Source: Eledone cirrhosa (lineage: Eukaryota). Taken from it: a DNA stretch of 64,000 bases. Of the stretch, positions 12,486 to 24,695 are shown piece by piece. The notes beneath the pieces are model-generated. The model saw nothing but the letters and a program-made list of their open reading frames with translations, was not told where the DNA came from and made no database searches. Each line of letters opens with the position of its first letter. Position 1 is the first letter of the stretch. The stretch covers positions 48,484,001 to 48,548,000 of the forward strand of contig OZ024744.1 of assembly GCA_964016885.1 (NCBI GenBank). Reading direction: 5' to 3'. Position numbers and translations under genes: made by a program.

Positions 12486-13074
12486 GTCCAATAAATTCCA
12501 TTCATCGCAACACTGATTCTCTTTTTTCTGTGATATATATATATATATACTGAAATACACATATATATACATACACATATACATGCATTCATATATATAT
12601 ATATATAAATACATATATACATGCATACATATATATATACATACTCCTGTCTAACCCATGCTAGCGTGGAAGAATGGACATAAAACGGTGATGATGATGA
12701 CATATATATACATATATACATATATATACATACATATATACAAACATATATATTCATATATGTATATCATCATCATCACCGTTTATATATTCATATATAT
12801 ATATACATATATATATATATTTGATCTTTCAAGCATATATATACATATATGTGTGTGTATATATATATATATGTATGCTAGAAAGATCAAGGGTAGAAAA
12901 ATATCAATAATAATAATAATAATTGTAATAAAGAGCTTGTTGTATAGCCATTAAGAGACCACCACTAATGAGGCGTACATTACAGGGGATGGGTTAACAA
13001 TAACAACAAAAATAATAACAACAACAATAATAATAATATTAATAATACTAATGGTTTCTTTATTAGCCACACAG

Positions 13075-13540
13075 GGCTGACATTAAGCAAACAATAGAGA
13101 CTGTACAGTATGATACAGTGTGGATTTTTGTGTGGAAAAAAAGGTTAACAAAAAGCTATAAAAAAAAAATGTTTAATTAAACAAACAAAAACAAATTCCC
13201 CAATAGGGGTAGACCTCTGATGGTCACTCATGGAGAAAGCCCATGAAAAGTCATAGTTAACAATCACTCTGATCGCTAGAGAAAATGCCCTCTCTTTATT
13301 GTCCTCCTATAATTTACAGCAACAAACTCAGATCAGGCCCTTTCATTTGGACTAAGCTTTCCACTCTCACCTCCTCCTTTCAACAAACTGTTTGGAAGGT
13401 AGCACTTCCCTCTCTACACTGATTTTCCTCTTCAAGTGAAATCTGAAGCCCACAAGTCAGCAATACTCGGACATTTGACAAGTGCATGCAGGATGGTTTC
13501 ATTGCCCTGTTCACATCTCAGACAGGCCCAGATGACAGCA
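13075..13540 (-). mobile_element. L1/Tx1-like LINE 3' remnant (zf-RVT-like cysteine motif)
   Basis: Minus-strand CLRCEQGNETILHALVKCPSIADLW, then FHLKRKISVEREVL. Confidence 0.6.
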
Positions 13541-13799
13541 ACATTTTGAATTAAAAGGTCTTAAAGTCAAATGAATCAGTCCTGAAACTAATAGAGAGGC
13601 AGATGATCATGGACATAATAAAGCAAAATCTCTGGAGGGAGACATCGACGATAGAAAACTGAGAGAAAGATCAAGGAGATGCTGAACAGATGACATCAGG
13701 GAATGAATAGGATGAATGTTGGCAGAGTGCACAGTCATGACAAGGAAGAGGAACGAGTGGAGAGCATCGGTGAAATTGTCTATTCCTTGATTCTCAGTA

Positions 13800-14545
13800 A
13801 TGAGGTTAGGAAATGAAGGAGAAAATCAACCTGGCAAAAACTAAAGTTCTAGTAAGTAGAAAAGATAACAAGGAAATGGCCCTGCTCAGTATGAAGGAAA
13901 GAAATTGGTAAACTATGGGTACACAAGAGATGTAGCAGGATGTCAGGTAGGCTAGCAAAGAATGTATGTTTTGTATGTGGTTGATGTGCAGGAGCAGTAA
14001 GCAGCAAAATCTTGAAGGAAACAAGTTTTACCAAATGCTCAGAAGACTCCCTAGAAGTAGTTGACAGCTTCTGTAACTTGGGTGACCAGATTAGTAGTGG
14101 AGGTGAGTATTCTGAAAGTACAGTAGCCAGAGTGAGAATGGGGTGAAAAGAGTTCAGAGATCTACTACCACTGCTGGTTACATAAGTTTTTTTTTCCACA
14201 AAATGAAAGACAGATTGTATGATGCTTGTGTACAAAGAACAATGCTGTATGGAAATGAGACCTGTGCACTGTTTAAGGAAGATGGAAAAAAATGAAGCTT
14301 GTATGCTCTCATGGGTGTGTGTGAACTGTGAAGCATAAATCAACTGAGAGACTGTGGTGATAAGGACATATGATACATATAGAGGATGATAGCTGTATAA
14401 AAAGAGTGCAGAGTGCTTGAAGTTGTCTGAAACTATGGAAAAGGAAGACCTAAGAAATCTTGAGATAATGTGGTAAAAGTTGATCTCACATAATTAAACC
14501 ACTGCAAGGAGATGATACTGGATCAAGTTTTCTGACAACATGCCA
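13800..14545 (+). mobile_element. Old degraded copy of the RTE/PHD LINE RT C-terminus
   Basis: KTKVLVSRK, LWVHKRCS, VVDSFCNLGDQISSGG and LYDACVQRTMLYGNET remnants. Confidence 0.8.
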
Positions 14546-15729
14546 CAAATACAGGATGAAACAAACATGGAGAAGACAGTCGTTCATCTCCTAACTTAAT
14601 GCACACACGCGTGTGTGTGCATTAAGTTAGGAGATTCCCTTCATTATCTAAGTACCCTGCCTTGGACCTCCTCCACTCACTTCCTCCACCCATCCCACTT
14701 TGCTCATCCAACATCAACTCCTGCTATCATGGGAAGACAACCTGTCCTTTCCTCTTGTCAAACACCTTTCAGCAGCCAGTCCACTTCCATCCCCACCTCA
14801 TACCCATATCAATATACAAATTCTAATGCCAACAATATGGAAAGCTAGATAAGAATGCACGACTTGAATTGGTCTCCTATTCAGCCAAGACACCATGGTC
14901 CATCTGACTCAGGTAGGCATGAAGTACATGTGAATGTACTCTCCTTCCACATCCCATGATACACCTTTCCTCTCCAACCCATGCATGCTCTCCTACAGTG
15001 ATAGAGTCATGAGAAGAAACACCCAGTTCACCCTGTATGAGGTAGTGCTTGTGTCACAACAACAAAAAGCACCCAGTCCATTCTGTAAAGTGGTAGTGGT
15101 GGTGTTACGGGAAAAGCTCCAAGTATGCACTGTAATGTGGTTAGCATAAGCAAAGGCATCCAGTCATAGAAAACCTAGCAAAAACAGATCTGTATGAGGA
15201 AGACATGGTCACCTCACCAGGCTAACCTTATAATGCAAGCAAAGATTTAACAGTAAGGATGATGAGGTTAATGATATATGTACATATAAACACTATATAG
15301 ACATATATAAATAATATAAATATATATTCATATATAATATAAGCAAGTATTGCACTAAAAAAAAATAAAAACATCAGAGAGAAAGGAAAGTAAGAATTTA
15401 TTGGCTTTAACATATGTTTCTGTGTCTATTATAATAGTCTACATATGCTCACTACAATATATATTGTTCAATTATATGCAATACTTAATTATTTATCACA
15501 CATCTTCTATATATTATATGATTGTTTAGGTACAATGATAAAAACCATCCAGTTCACATTGTAATGTGGTTGATATTAGGAAGGATATCCACCCATATAA
15601 ACCAACCTAAAATACAGATCTATAGAAGCATGACATTGTCTCCATAACCAACTTGTCTCATATTGCGACAACCCATCTAACACATGTGTGGAAAATAAAC
15701 CTTAAAAAATGATGATGATGATGGTAACA

Positions 15730-16938
15730 AGTTTATGCACCAAACAGAGTGTCCGAATACAGATCCTTCCTTGATGAAGTTATTGCAGCATTAGATGTAG
15801 TTATGGCCGAGTCATATATCCTAATGGTAATTTCAATGCACATATTAGCTTTGATCATCTGACATGGAAAGGAGTGATTGGAAGGAATGGTAATTCTGAT
15901 CTAAATACTAATGGAGAGGCCTTGTGAGACTTCTATTCTAGTAATGAGATATTATGAACACCCTCTTCACGTGGTATATGGGGAATCGGGGAATAAAATC
16001 AATAATTGATTTTGTTATCGTCTTTGATCATTTTAATTCTATGATGGATGTTAGTGTTAAGAGAGGGGGGGCTGAGCTGTCAACTGATACCGATCTAGTT
16101 ATCTATAACCTAAGACTACCTAAAGCCAGGAGAGCCCACAAAACATGCAGGTCCATCTTGACCGATAGAATAAAGTGGGGAGCACAGGAACAGGTTTGTG
16201 GATACTTTTGTATCCAAATTTAGAGAACTCTCTGAGTAAGCTGACGATGTTGAAATGGAGTGGCGACTATTCAGTTTGGCAAATGCTCCTTCAACTATTG
16301 AATGAGGTGGGTGAAAATAGATTGGTGTGGTGGGAGGAGCCCTTGGTTCTATCAAGGGGTCAAAGATGCCATCGGAGCAAAGAAGGAAGCTTACAAAACC
16401 TGGCTTGGAAACAAGTTCTCCCTCATGCCCTTGCTGGCATGAAAAGTTGCAGCAGACACAGTAAAGGCATCCAAAGTTAAGACATCCAAAGTTAAGACAT
16501 GGGAAGACTTTGGGGTTAAGTTGGTTAAGTTGGAATCTAACTTCAGATCAGCAAATAAAGTGTTCTGGCTGATCATATGGCAACTTTGAATAAGAACTCC
16601 TCCTCCACAACTGCTATCAGGAATGCATCAGGGATTCTCCTCTCTTCAGAGAAGTGCAGCCTAGCAAGGTAGAGAGAATATTTTGCTGATCTCCTAAACC
16701 CGATCACAACAGCATCTTCTGATGTACACAAGGTACATCTGGGAGCAATGACTAACCACTTAGAGGCTGAGTTCACAAGAGCAATTAAAGAGCTCAAATG
16801 TGGAAAGGTTGCTAGGGTGGATGAAATTTTGCCTGAGATGTGAAAAGCCTAAAATAGAGAAGGTATTCTCTGGCTGACTTGTGTGTGCTAGGTGGCCAGG
16901 ATCTCAGGAAAGGCACCTAAGCAATGGCAATCAGGTGT
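15730..16938 (+). mobile_element. Degraded RTE-clade LINE (third family), endonuclease to start of RT
   Basis: YAPN, (D)FNAH, WKGVIGRNG, KSIIDFVIV, LSTD, KCGKVARVDEILPEM and PKQWQSGV, with stops. Confidence 0.8.
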
Positions 16939-16939
16939 C

Positions 16940-17412
16940 TTCTTGTTCTTTTTCTTTTTCTTCACCCACTTATTCCTGAGAGGGTCATGGAGGTCGAGTC
17001 CTTAAACACTCCTTCCAATGTATCCTGTCAGAAACAACCGTCTCTGATCTGGCTGGCTCTCTGAGTGAAACCAGCGGAGCTCATTTGCAAATTCCAGTCG
17101 ACATCTGCCAGTCATAATACCACCTTCAACCCGGCTGCACATGTCAATCCTGTTCATGAAAATACTGAACAGGAGAAGTGATAGTACACACTCTTGGCGG
17201 AGTCTGACTCCCACATTGAATGGTTTCGATTTAGCATTGTTCGTCCGAACACAAATACTTGACCATTCATACAGAGACATCAAAGCAGCAAGAAGCTGAC
17301 CATCAATTCCATTCTCCTGCAGAACCTTCCTCAGCAGATCCTGTAGAATGTGGTGATATACCTTTTCAAGATCTACAAAGCATGAATACATCTCTTGGCA
17401 ATACTCCTACCA
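16940..17412 (-). mobile_element. Internally deleted RT + 3' end of an RTE LINE
   Basis: ORF 17002-17391 CFVDLEKVY..GVRLRQECVLSLLLF. The 3' end is shared with the 50185-50760 copy and has an (AAG)-rich tail. Confidence 0.8.
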
Positions 17413-18166
17413 TTTCTCAAGTAGGGAAGTTCTGAGGGAGAGAGGGAGAAGAGAGAGATGGATAAAGGGGAAAAGAAGGGGAACAGAGAGGAATGATGTG
17501 GGGTGGGGATGGAAGGATGGAGAAGAAAAGCGAAAGAGAAAGAGTGGGAGAGAGAGACAGAGAAAGAAAGAGAGAGAGAGAGAGGGAGGGGGAGAGAGAG
17601 CGAGAAGGGGAGAGAGAGAGAGGTAGCGAGAGGGAGAATGAGGTAGAGAGAAATGGAGAAAGAGAATGTGAGATAGAGGGAGAGAGAGCTAGATAATGTA
17701 TGCAAGAATAATAGGGTAACAGCAAAGACAATTGATTAAGATATATATATATATACACATTATATATACCTATTTTATAAACCTATTATACACTGTTGCG
17801 TCACGAATAATCATCTCCCACCACATAGTAATTCTTCAAATATTTTCGACACCCTTCCCCTTACAGTGTATTAAATTTGGCTAATCTATCTTCACCACAA
17901 TTTTATATTACGTGGCAGCAGCATTCCCGTGACAATTAATTTTCTTTATACATTACAAATCATTACAAGAAATCCCATAAGTTATAAAATAAATAGGATG
18001 CCTTGGGATCTCAATAAGTAAACTAAATTACTAATTCTGGTTTTAAAAAGAAAAAATCAACAGAGACAAAACAGGAAAAGTGACGATTTTGTAGGTCCCC
18101 TCCTGCCGTCTGCTTACTCCATTCCCCTATTATTTGATACCCAAGAGTGTATATATTATACATATA

Positions 18167-18255
<89 letters not shown>

Positions 18256-18516
18256 CTAGCTGTTTAAATGGATGGAGCTCAGCCATCAGGGTCCCAAATC
18301 GTTTATATATATATATATATATATGTGTATATATTTATTTAGGTTTGAAGATTCACCAGTGGATAGAGCTGGTCAATCTTGATGTAATAATACTCAACAT
18401 AAAGCAGTTCAACCGTCTTCGTTTGTGTAGTTGGTGGTGCGAGTACGGAGTTAAATATTATAATAAAATAACGGGTCTATGATTTTCACCCCCATGGATT
18501 TTATCTGTTACATTCA

Positions 18517-18595
18517 TTTATTATATTTCGAATACCTGATGATATCACCGGATTCATACGGAACCCGGACATTGAAATGATCATAGTATAATAAA
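18517..18595 (+). ncRNA. Intact minimal type I hammerhead ribozyme motif
   Basis: ATAC-CTGATGA-helix II (CCGG/CCGG)-GAAA-TGATCA-TA-GTAT, with distal helix I TTTATT/AATAAA. Predicted AUA cleavage after 18585. Confidence 0.85.
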
Positions 18596-18660
18596 CCTTT
18601 CAGGGATTTACACAAGTCCAGCCTCCTGTTATTTTATTATATATATATATATATATATAT

Positions 18661-18990
18661 ATAGTGAAAGATTGAAGAATAACATATGGTTGGCTGTACA
18701 AAAAGGTTATATTTCTAGTATTAAAAATTGTTTCATTGATCAGGTGAGTCTAAAGGCCGCTAATCACTCGAAGTTGCATCACTCGAACTTAAATACAGTT
18801 TTTACCTCTGATCAAATCATCGGAATACTGGAGGTTTTACATATGGCATTGGTATTTATAGATACAACGGAAAATCAACTTCAAGTGATTAGCGGCCTTT
18901 AGACTCACCTGATCAATGAAACAATTGTTAATACTAGAAATAAAAAACGGTTTGTACAGCCGACCATGTTATTCTTCAATCTTTCACTAT
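18661..18990. repeat. Fold-back element with about 115-bp inverted arms
   Basis: 18661-18776 is the reverse complement of 18877-18990. The right arm carries GAAA-CAATTG-TT. Confidence 0.9.
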
Positions 18991-19185
18991 TATTACTCCA
19001 AGTATAACCTGCATAGGAATTCCCACGAACTCGCTACCTAACTATGGAAGCATCTTATTGGGTCAAACAATGTTGTACGTTAAAACTATCCACAATACGT
19101 AGTACTCACAACCTCTAACTGGATTACCTATAACGATAACTTGTTATTCCATATTATATATATATACATACATTTCTATGTATAC

Positions 19186-19223
<38 letters not shown>

Positions 19224-19307
19224 TTACATATACATATATATATATATATACATATCAATATATATATATATACATATATATAAACATTTATAGACATATA
19301 TATATAC

Positions 19308-19344
<37 letters not shown>

Positions 19345-19435
19345 TATATATACATATACATATATATATACATAGACATATATATACATATACATATATA
19401 TATATACACATAGACATATGTATATATACATATAT

Positions 19436-19982
19436 ATCATCATCATCATCATCACCGTTTTACGTCCGTTCTTCCACACTAGCATGGGTTAGATGGATTG
19501 TCCTGTTGTGGGCAGTGTCCAGTCGCCTGACCATGCCTTGCTCATACAGGAACTAATTTTGGCTTGATTCTATAGCTGGATGCCCTTCCTAACACCAACC
19601 TCATTTACAGTGAGTGCTGGGTGCTTTTTCGTGGCGCCTACACGTCCACTTTACAGTGTGTGTGTGGATGGGAGGGGGGGGGGGGCATATTGTCTATATG
19701 CTTCAGCTTCAGCTTGTACCTGTGGGAAGTCAGGTCTTCTGTATTACTGTGTGACGCCAGAGGCCACGGTCGTGTGTCATCTCCTTTGAGAGGTGTAATT
19801 GGGTAAGGTCGGCTTTTATCACCTCATTCCAGGTCTTCTTGGGTCTCCCGACATTGCGGCTTCCATCGACTTCTAGTGCTCTGCACATTTTTATGCAGCT
19901 GTCATCCTTCATATGCATCACATGTCCATACCAACGTAACCTCCTCTCCTGCACATAGCATTTGATTCCTCTTATGCTCAGT
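19436..19982 (-). mobile_element. 3' fragment of the RTE/PHD LINE family
   Basis: [33 protein letters not shown] and (GAT)n tail. Confidence 0.9.
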
Positions 19983-20037
19983 CTCTCTCTCTCTCTCTTT
20001 ATATATACACATATATATATATATATTTATATACATA

Positions 20038-20112
<75 letters not shown>

Positions 20113-20160
20113 ATATATACATATATAATATAATATTTATATATACATATATATATATAC

Positions 20161-20219
<59 letters not shown>

Positions 20220-20230
20220 CATATATAGTA

Positions 20231-20339
<109 letters not shown>

Positions 20340-20402
20340 TATATACATAATAGATATATTATATACATATATATACTATATACATAATATATATATATAC
20401 AT

Positions 20403-20434
<32 letters not shown>

Positions 20435-20533
20435 CTATACTATACATATAAATATACATATACATATATATATATACATAATATATATATATATATACAT
20501 ATATATAGTATATATATATACATATATATATAC

Positions 20534-20605
<72 letters not shown>

Positions 20606-20606
20606 C

Positions 20607-20760
<154 letters not shown>

Positions 20761-20762
20761 CA

Positions 20763-20793
<31 letters not shown>

Positions 20794-20922
20794 CCATATA
20801 TTTATATATACATATATATAACATATATATATATATATATACGAGAGTATTGAAGTTTGCTTGAAGCATTGTGGAACAATAATATATATACATATATATA
20901 TATATGATGATGATGATGATAT

Positions 20923-21104
20923 ATAAACAGAAAAAATGAAACGAAATTTCATTTCCCACTCTTAGTACGGCTGTTACTTAAATATAACTATGTATACGTA
21001 CATACATATATGTATACAGACGTACAGTAGTATACAGACGTACCAGTAAGTAACAGCCGTACTAAGAGTGAGAAATGAAATTTCGTTTCATTTTTACCGT
21101 TTAT
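20923..21104. repeat. Inverted repeat with about 58-bp arms
   Basis: aaatgaaacgaaatttcatttcccactcttagtacggctgttactta and its reverse complement at 21047-21104. Confidence 0.9.
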
Positions 21105-21214
21105 CGTTTTCGGTGCACCCGGCCGATTAACTCACTCGATATGCAAATTAGGCCTGCTCAGCCGTTAATATGCATAAGGAAAGTATATACTTCCAGACGT
21201 TCAATCATCTGGCA

Positions 21215-21271
21215 GGGAAGGTATACGTTGCTGACGATAGCTAATAAGCTTGAAACAAGTACAGCGTTCCT
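21215..21271 (+). ncRNA. Minimal type I hammerhead ribozyme motif
   Basis: GGAA-ggtata-CGTTG-CTGACGA-TAGCTAATAAGCTT-GAAA-CAAG-TA-CAGCG-TTCC. GUA site at 21259-21261. Confidence 0.85.
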
Positions 21272-21629
21272 TTGTCAGTGTTGAACAAATGAGCAACGAT
21301 GGTTGCTAGACACTGTACGGCTTAATTCGGGATGTTTGTTTACAAACACACCGAGCATTATAATAAATGTTCGGTGAATCCATACGTACATATATATATA
21401 TGTGTACATGTATGTATATATACATACTACTGTACGTCTGTATACATATATGTATGTACGTATACATACTTATATATATATATATATATATATATATTTA
21501 CGTATATATGTGTGAACATATATATATATACATATATATATGTGTAATAATAATAAATTTGAAGACTAAAATCCAAAGAGGGCTCGATAAGGATAAATAT
21601 ATATCAAATATATAAGAACCCTAGCCAAT

Positions 21630-22775
21630 AGATTCAAGAAGCGTCTTTACATGCACACCCATTCTTTTCTTAACCCTTTAAGAAGGAATATGACGTCACT
21701 TTCAGCTTATATCTGGAGTCTAAAAGACAACCACACCCAATATAAGTTACACTGGGAGTTCCTAGCTAAGGCTAGATCGTATAACAGAAATAAAAGACCA
21801 TGCGATCTTTGCGCCGCTAAAGCCCTGGAAGTACTCTATGCCAAACAATCTGAGGCAATTTCAGCTTGTAAACTTAAATTGCTTAAAACTTTCCTGTATT
21901 ACAGCCCTACATTATACCCTAACGGATAGTACGAACAATACGCGGATAATTTACGTCTTGATGCGGTAGCTAAGTATTTTTTATGTTTATACCATTACTT
22001 ATTTGTATAGGTAAGTATACCTTACCCCTATTTTTTGTGAAGGTATGTATACTTTCTCGTACGTATATTTGCTTGTATTTGTTATAGGTGTATATATTAT
22101 ATTATATATACTGGTACATGTGTATATGGTTATGTTTATATGTGTATTTTGTGTTTGTGTGCGTATGCGTGTTTGCACATATGTAAGGTGTGTATATGTG
22201 TACTTTGTGTTTTGGTTGACGTCGTTTAGTGAACATATACCTATTTACCTGTAGGTATGTGTGCGCGTGCGTTATATACGTATTTATGTGTGTATATTTA
22301 TATACGTTTATATAATTATGTGTATACACACATACATACACATATATATTTTTTATGTGTATTTGGCTTATACCTTCGAATGTGTGTGGGTATAGGTGTT
22401 GCGTGGGTTTATGTGTACGTGCTTCAATTATTGTTGATTTCAATAACCTCTGTCATTTTCATTCTACTAATTTATTTACATTATTCTTAACTGTGAAGCT
22501 GAGAATCATTCGGTTTCCTGCATAGAATATTAGTCTACGACTTCATTTATAGTTTGTTTTTGCGTGTAATTGTTCTCACCATCCACATAATGACGTATTA
22601 TCTTCGCTTTTTTCCGTTCAGTGCCAGGGAACGTCTTCACGAACCAAGGTATCATCTTACTATTTTCCTTCGGTTATTAATTTCTACGTTCACAGATTGA
22701 CTTTTTTAGTTTCAGAAGATCCCGTTAAAGGTGAAAGCAGCGATTCTTTGCTGAAACTTTAATCTGTTATTTTAA
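21630..22775 (+). mobile_element. Penelope-like element 3' fragment: GIY-YIG C-terminal half, UTR and terminal hammerhead-like motif
   Basis: RFKKRLYMHTHSF..TSLSAYIWSLKD..LHWEFLAKARSY..CDLC (21630-21929) resembles PLE endonucleases. The UTR ends in the CAGAAGA motif. Clade not assigned. Confidence 0.8.
22692..22767 (+). ncRNA. Hammerhead-like motif, CAGAAGA-core family
   Basis: ACAGATT..AGTTT-CAGAAGA-helix II-GAAA-GCA..TGC-TG-AAACT..AATCTGT. Confidence 0.6.
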
Positions 22776-22779
22776 TAAA

Positions 22780-22858
<79 letters not shown>

Positions 22859-22873
22859 GTATATATATGTATC

Positions 22874-22950
22874 GAGCTGTCCGCCAGCGAAACAATTGTA
22901 GCACACAATAAATTGATTTCAGATGCATCACTGATTTTTCGTTTTCTATT
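22874..22950 (+). ncRNA. 5'-truncated hammerhead (helix II + GAAA + helix III)
   Basis: GA-GCTG-TCCGC-CAGC-GAAA-CAATTG-TA. The CTGA part is replaced by microsatellite. Confidence 0.6.
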
Positions 22951-22955
22951 CTCTC

Positions 22956-23022
<67 letters not shown>

Positions 23023-23073
23023 GTATATATATATGTGTATATATATATGTGTATATATATGTGTATATGTGTA

Positions 23074-23199
<126 letters not shown>

Positions 23200-23268
23200 T
23201 ATACATATATATACACACACATATATATATATATATACATATATACATAGACATACATTATTTTATTA

Positions 23269-23359
23269 TAGAAATGACTTCAACAGCACTAAAACTGTTT
23301 TATTCTTGAGAACCTTCTCATGATTTCTCCCAAATGAAAGTTCTAGTCCTGTAGAGGTC

Positions 23360-23365
<6 letters not shown>
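23269..23365. repeat. Decayed palindromic hammerhead element (same family as 57099-57200)
   Basis: Imperfect palindrome containing CTCATGA..GAAA..TTCTAGTCCTGTA. Confidence 0.65.
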
Positions 23366-23433
<68 letters not shown>

Positions 23434-23437
<4 letters not shown>

Positions 23438-23619
23438 GAAAATATGACCCCGACGGCAGAGCTCAAGCCGTTTCGACGGCTATTTCCAGAAATAGCCGTC
23501 GAAACGGCTTGAGCTCTGCCGTCGGGGTCATACTTTCTCCTATTACCCACTCTACTACCCTAAGTGTCAAGTACTCTGGTGCATTATGGTCCATCTGTTT
23601 CCTTACCACAACTCCTCCG

Positions 23620-23622
<3 letters not shown>
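23434..23622 (+). mobile_element. Short TA-flanked element with a 110-bp palindrome made of a hammerhead 3' half
   Basis: Palindrome 23434-23541 with GAAA-CGGC-TTGAGCTCT-GCCG-TC. Homologues at 25470-25630, 39270-39465 and 56890-57003. Confidence 0.8.
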
Positions 23623-23705
<83 letters not shown>

Positions 23706-23961
23706 ATATATATAGTATATTATAAATATCTATAAGTTAAACATATATTAAAATATTTATACATATTGTATATATATATCATCATCATCATTTTACGTCC
23801 GCTTTTTCCTGCTTGCAATATATTATATATCTATCTATCTATATAAAGCTTTCAAGGATTTACACCAGTCCAGCCTCCTGTTATTTTATTTCATTTATAT
23901 ATATATATATACAGTATATATATATATATATATACTGTATATAAACATATAATATATTTAA

Positions 23962-24014
23962 TATAGAAGTGGTTTTCTACAGGACTGTTTCATCCGGGAG
24001 AATTCATCAGGAAG
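23962..24014 (-). ncRNA. Hammerhead motif (57 kb family) with shortened helix III
   Basis: GCTTC-CTGATGA-ATTCTCCCGGAT-GAAA-CAGTCCTG-TA-GAA. Confidence 0.7.
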
Positions 24015-24055
24015 CAGTTATCCCCAATTGAACCTGGGATAAACTTATATTTGTA

Positions 24056-24092
<37 letters not shown>

Positions 24093-24373
24093 TTTTATAT
24101 ATATATGAGGGGCAAAGGGTCCATGCATGCGTTATAGAATCTTGAGTTGATCAATTGCGTCGGTTGAAGCAAGCAGAATTTTGGCTGCTTGCTACATCGT
24201 AGACACATAAAAAGATAACACACACACACACTAGATAACACTACATGCAGCTTTGACCGGGAGGGTCATTTAGAGGGAATTTATGGGGGGGGGCCTAAAG
24301 CTGGACGGTCCCCACTTTTCAGCATATGGCGATTGGACTGCATGCTCTGCTTTCCAGGTTACCCTCTTCGCCA

Positions 24374-24414
<41 letters not shown>

Positions 24415-24444
24415 AGAACAAAAGATGGTTAAAAGAGTTCCATG

Positions 24445-24515
24445 TATTTTATTATGCGCATTTCAAAAACAAATATCATCATGCAATAATATTTGTGTTT
24501 TCATCAGATAAAACA
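24445..24515 (-). ncRNA. Intact minimal type I hammerhead ribozyme motif
   Basis: TGTTTTAT-CTGATGA-long helix II-GAAA-TGCGCA-TA-ATAAAATA on the minus strand. Confidence 0.88.
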
Positions 24516-24624
24516 GGAAGACATGCTATGAAGGTTAAAATACACTTGTGAATAGTGCAGTTTTATATGTTGATTTAAAACTGCACTATCCACAAGTGTT
24601 TTTAACCTTCATATCATGTCTTCC

Positions 24625-24695
24625 TGTTTTATCTGATGAAAACACAAATATTATTACATGATGATATTTGTTTTTGAAATGCGCATAATAAAATA
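24625..24695 (+). ncRNA. Intact minimal type I hammerhead ribozyme motif
   Basis: TGTTTTAT-CTGATGA-AAACACAAATATTATT/GATGATATTTGTTTTT-GAAA-TGCGCA-TA-ATAAAATA. AUA cleavage after 24687. Confidence 0.88.

Noticed and set aside
24105-24376. DNA transposon with a CAGTGGCG-type terminus
   Set aside because: Only one possible end is visible, with no matching inverted repeat or target-site duplication.
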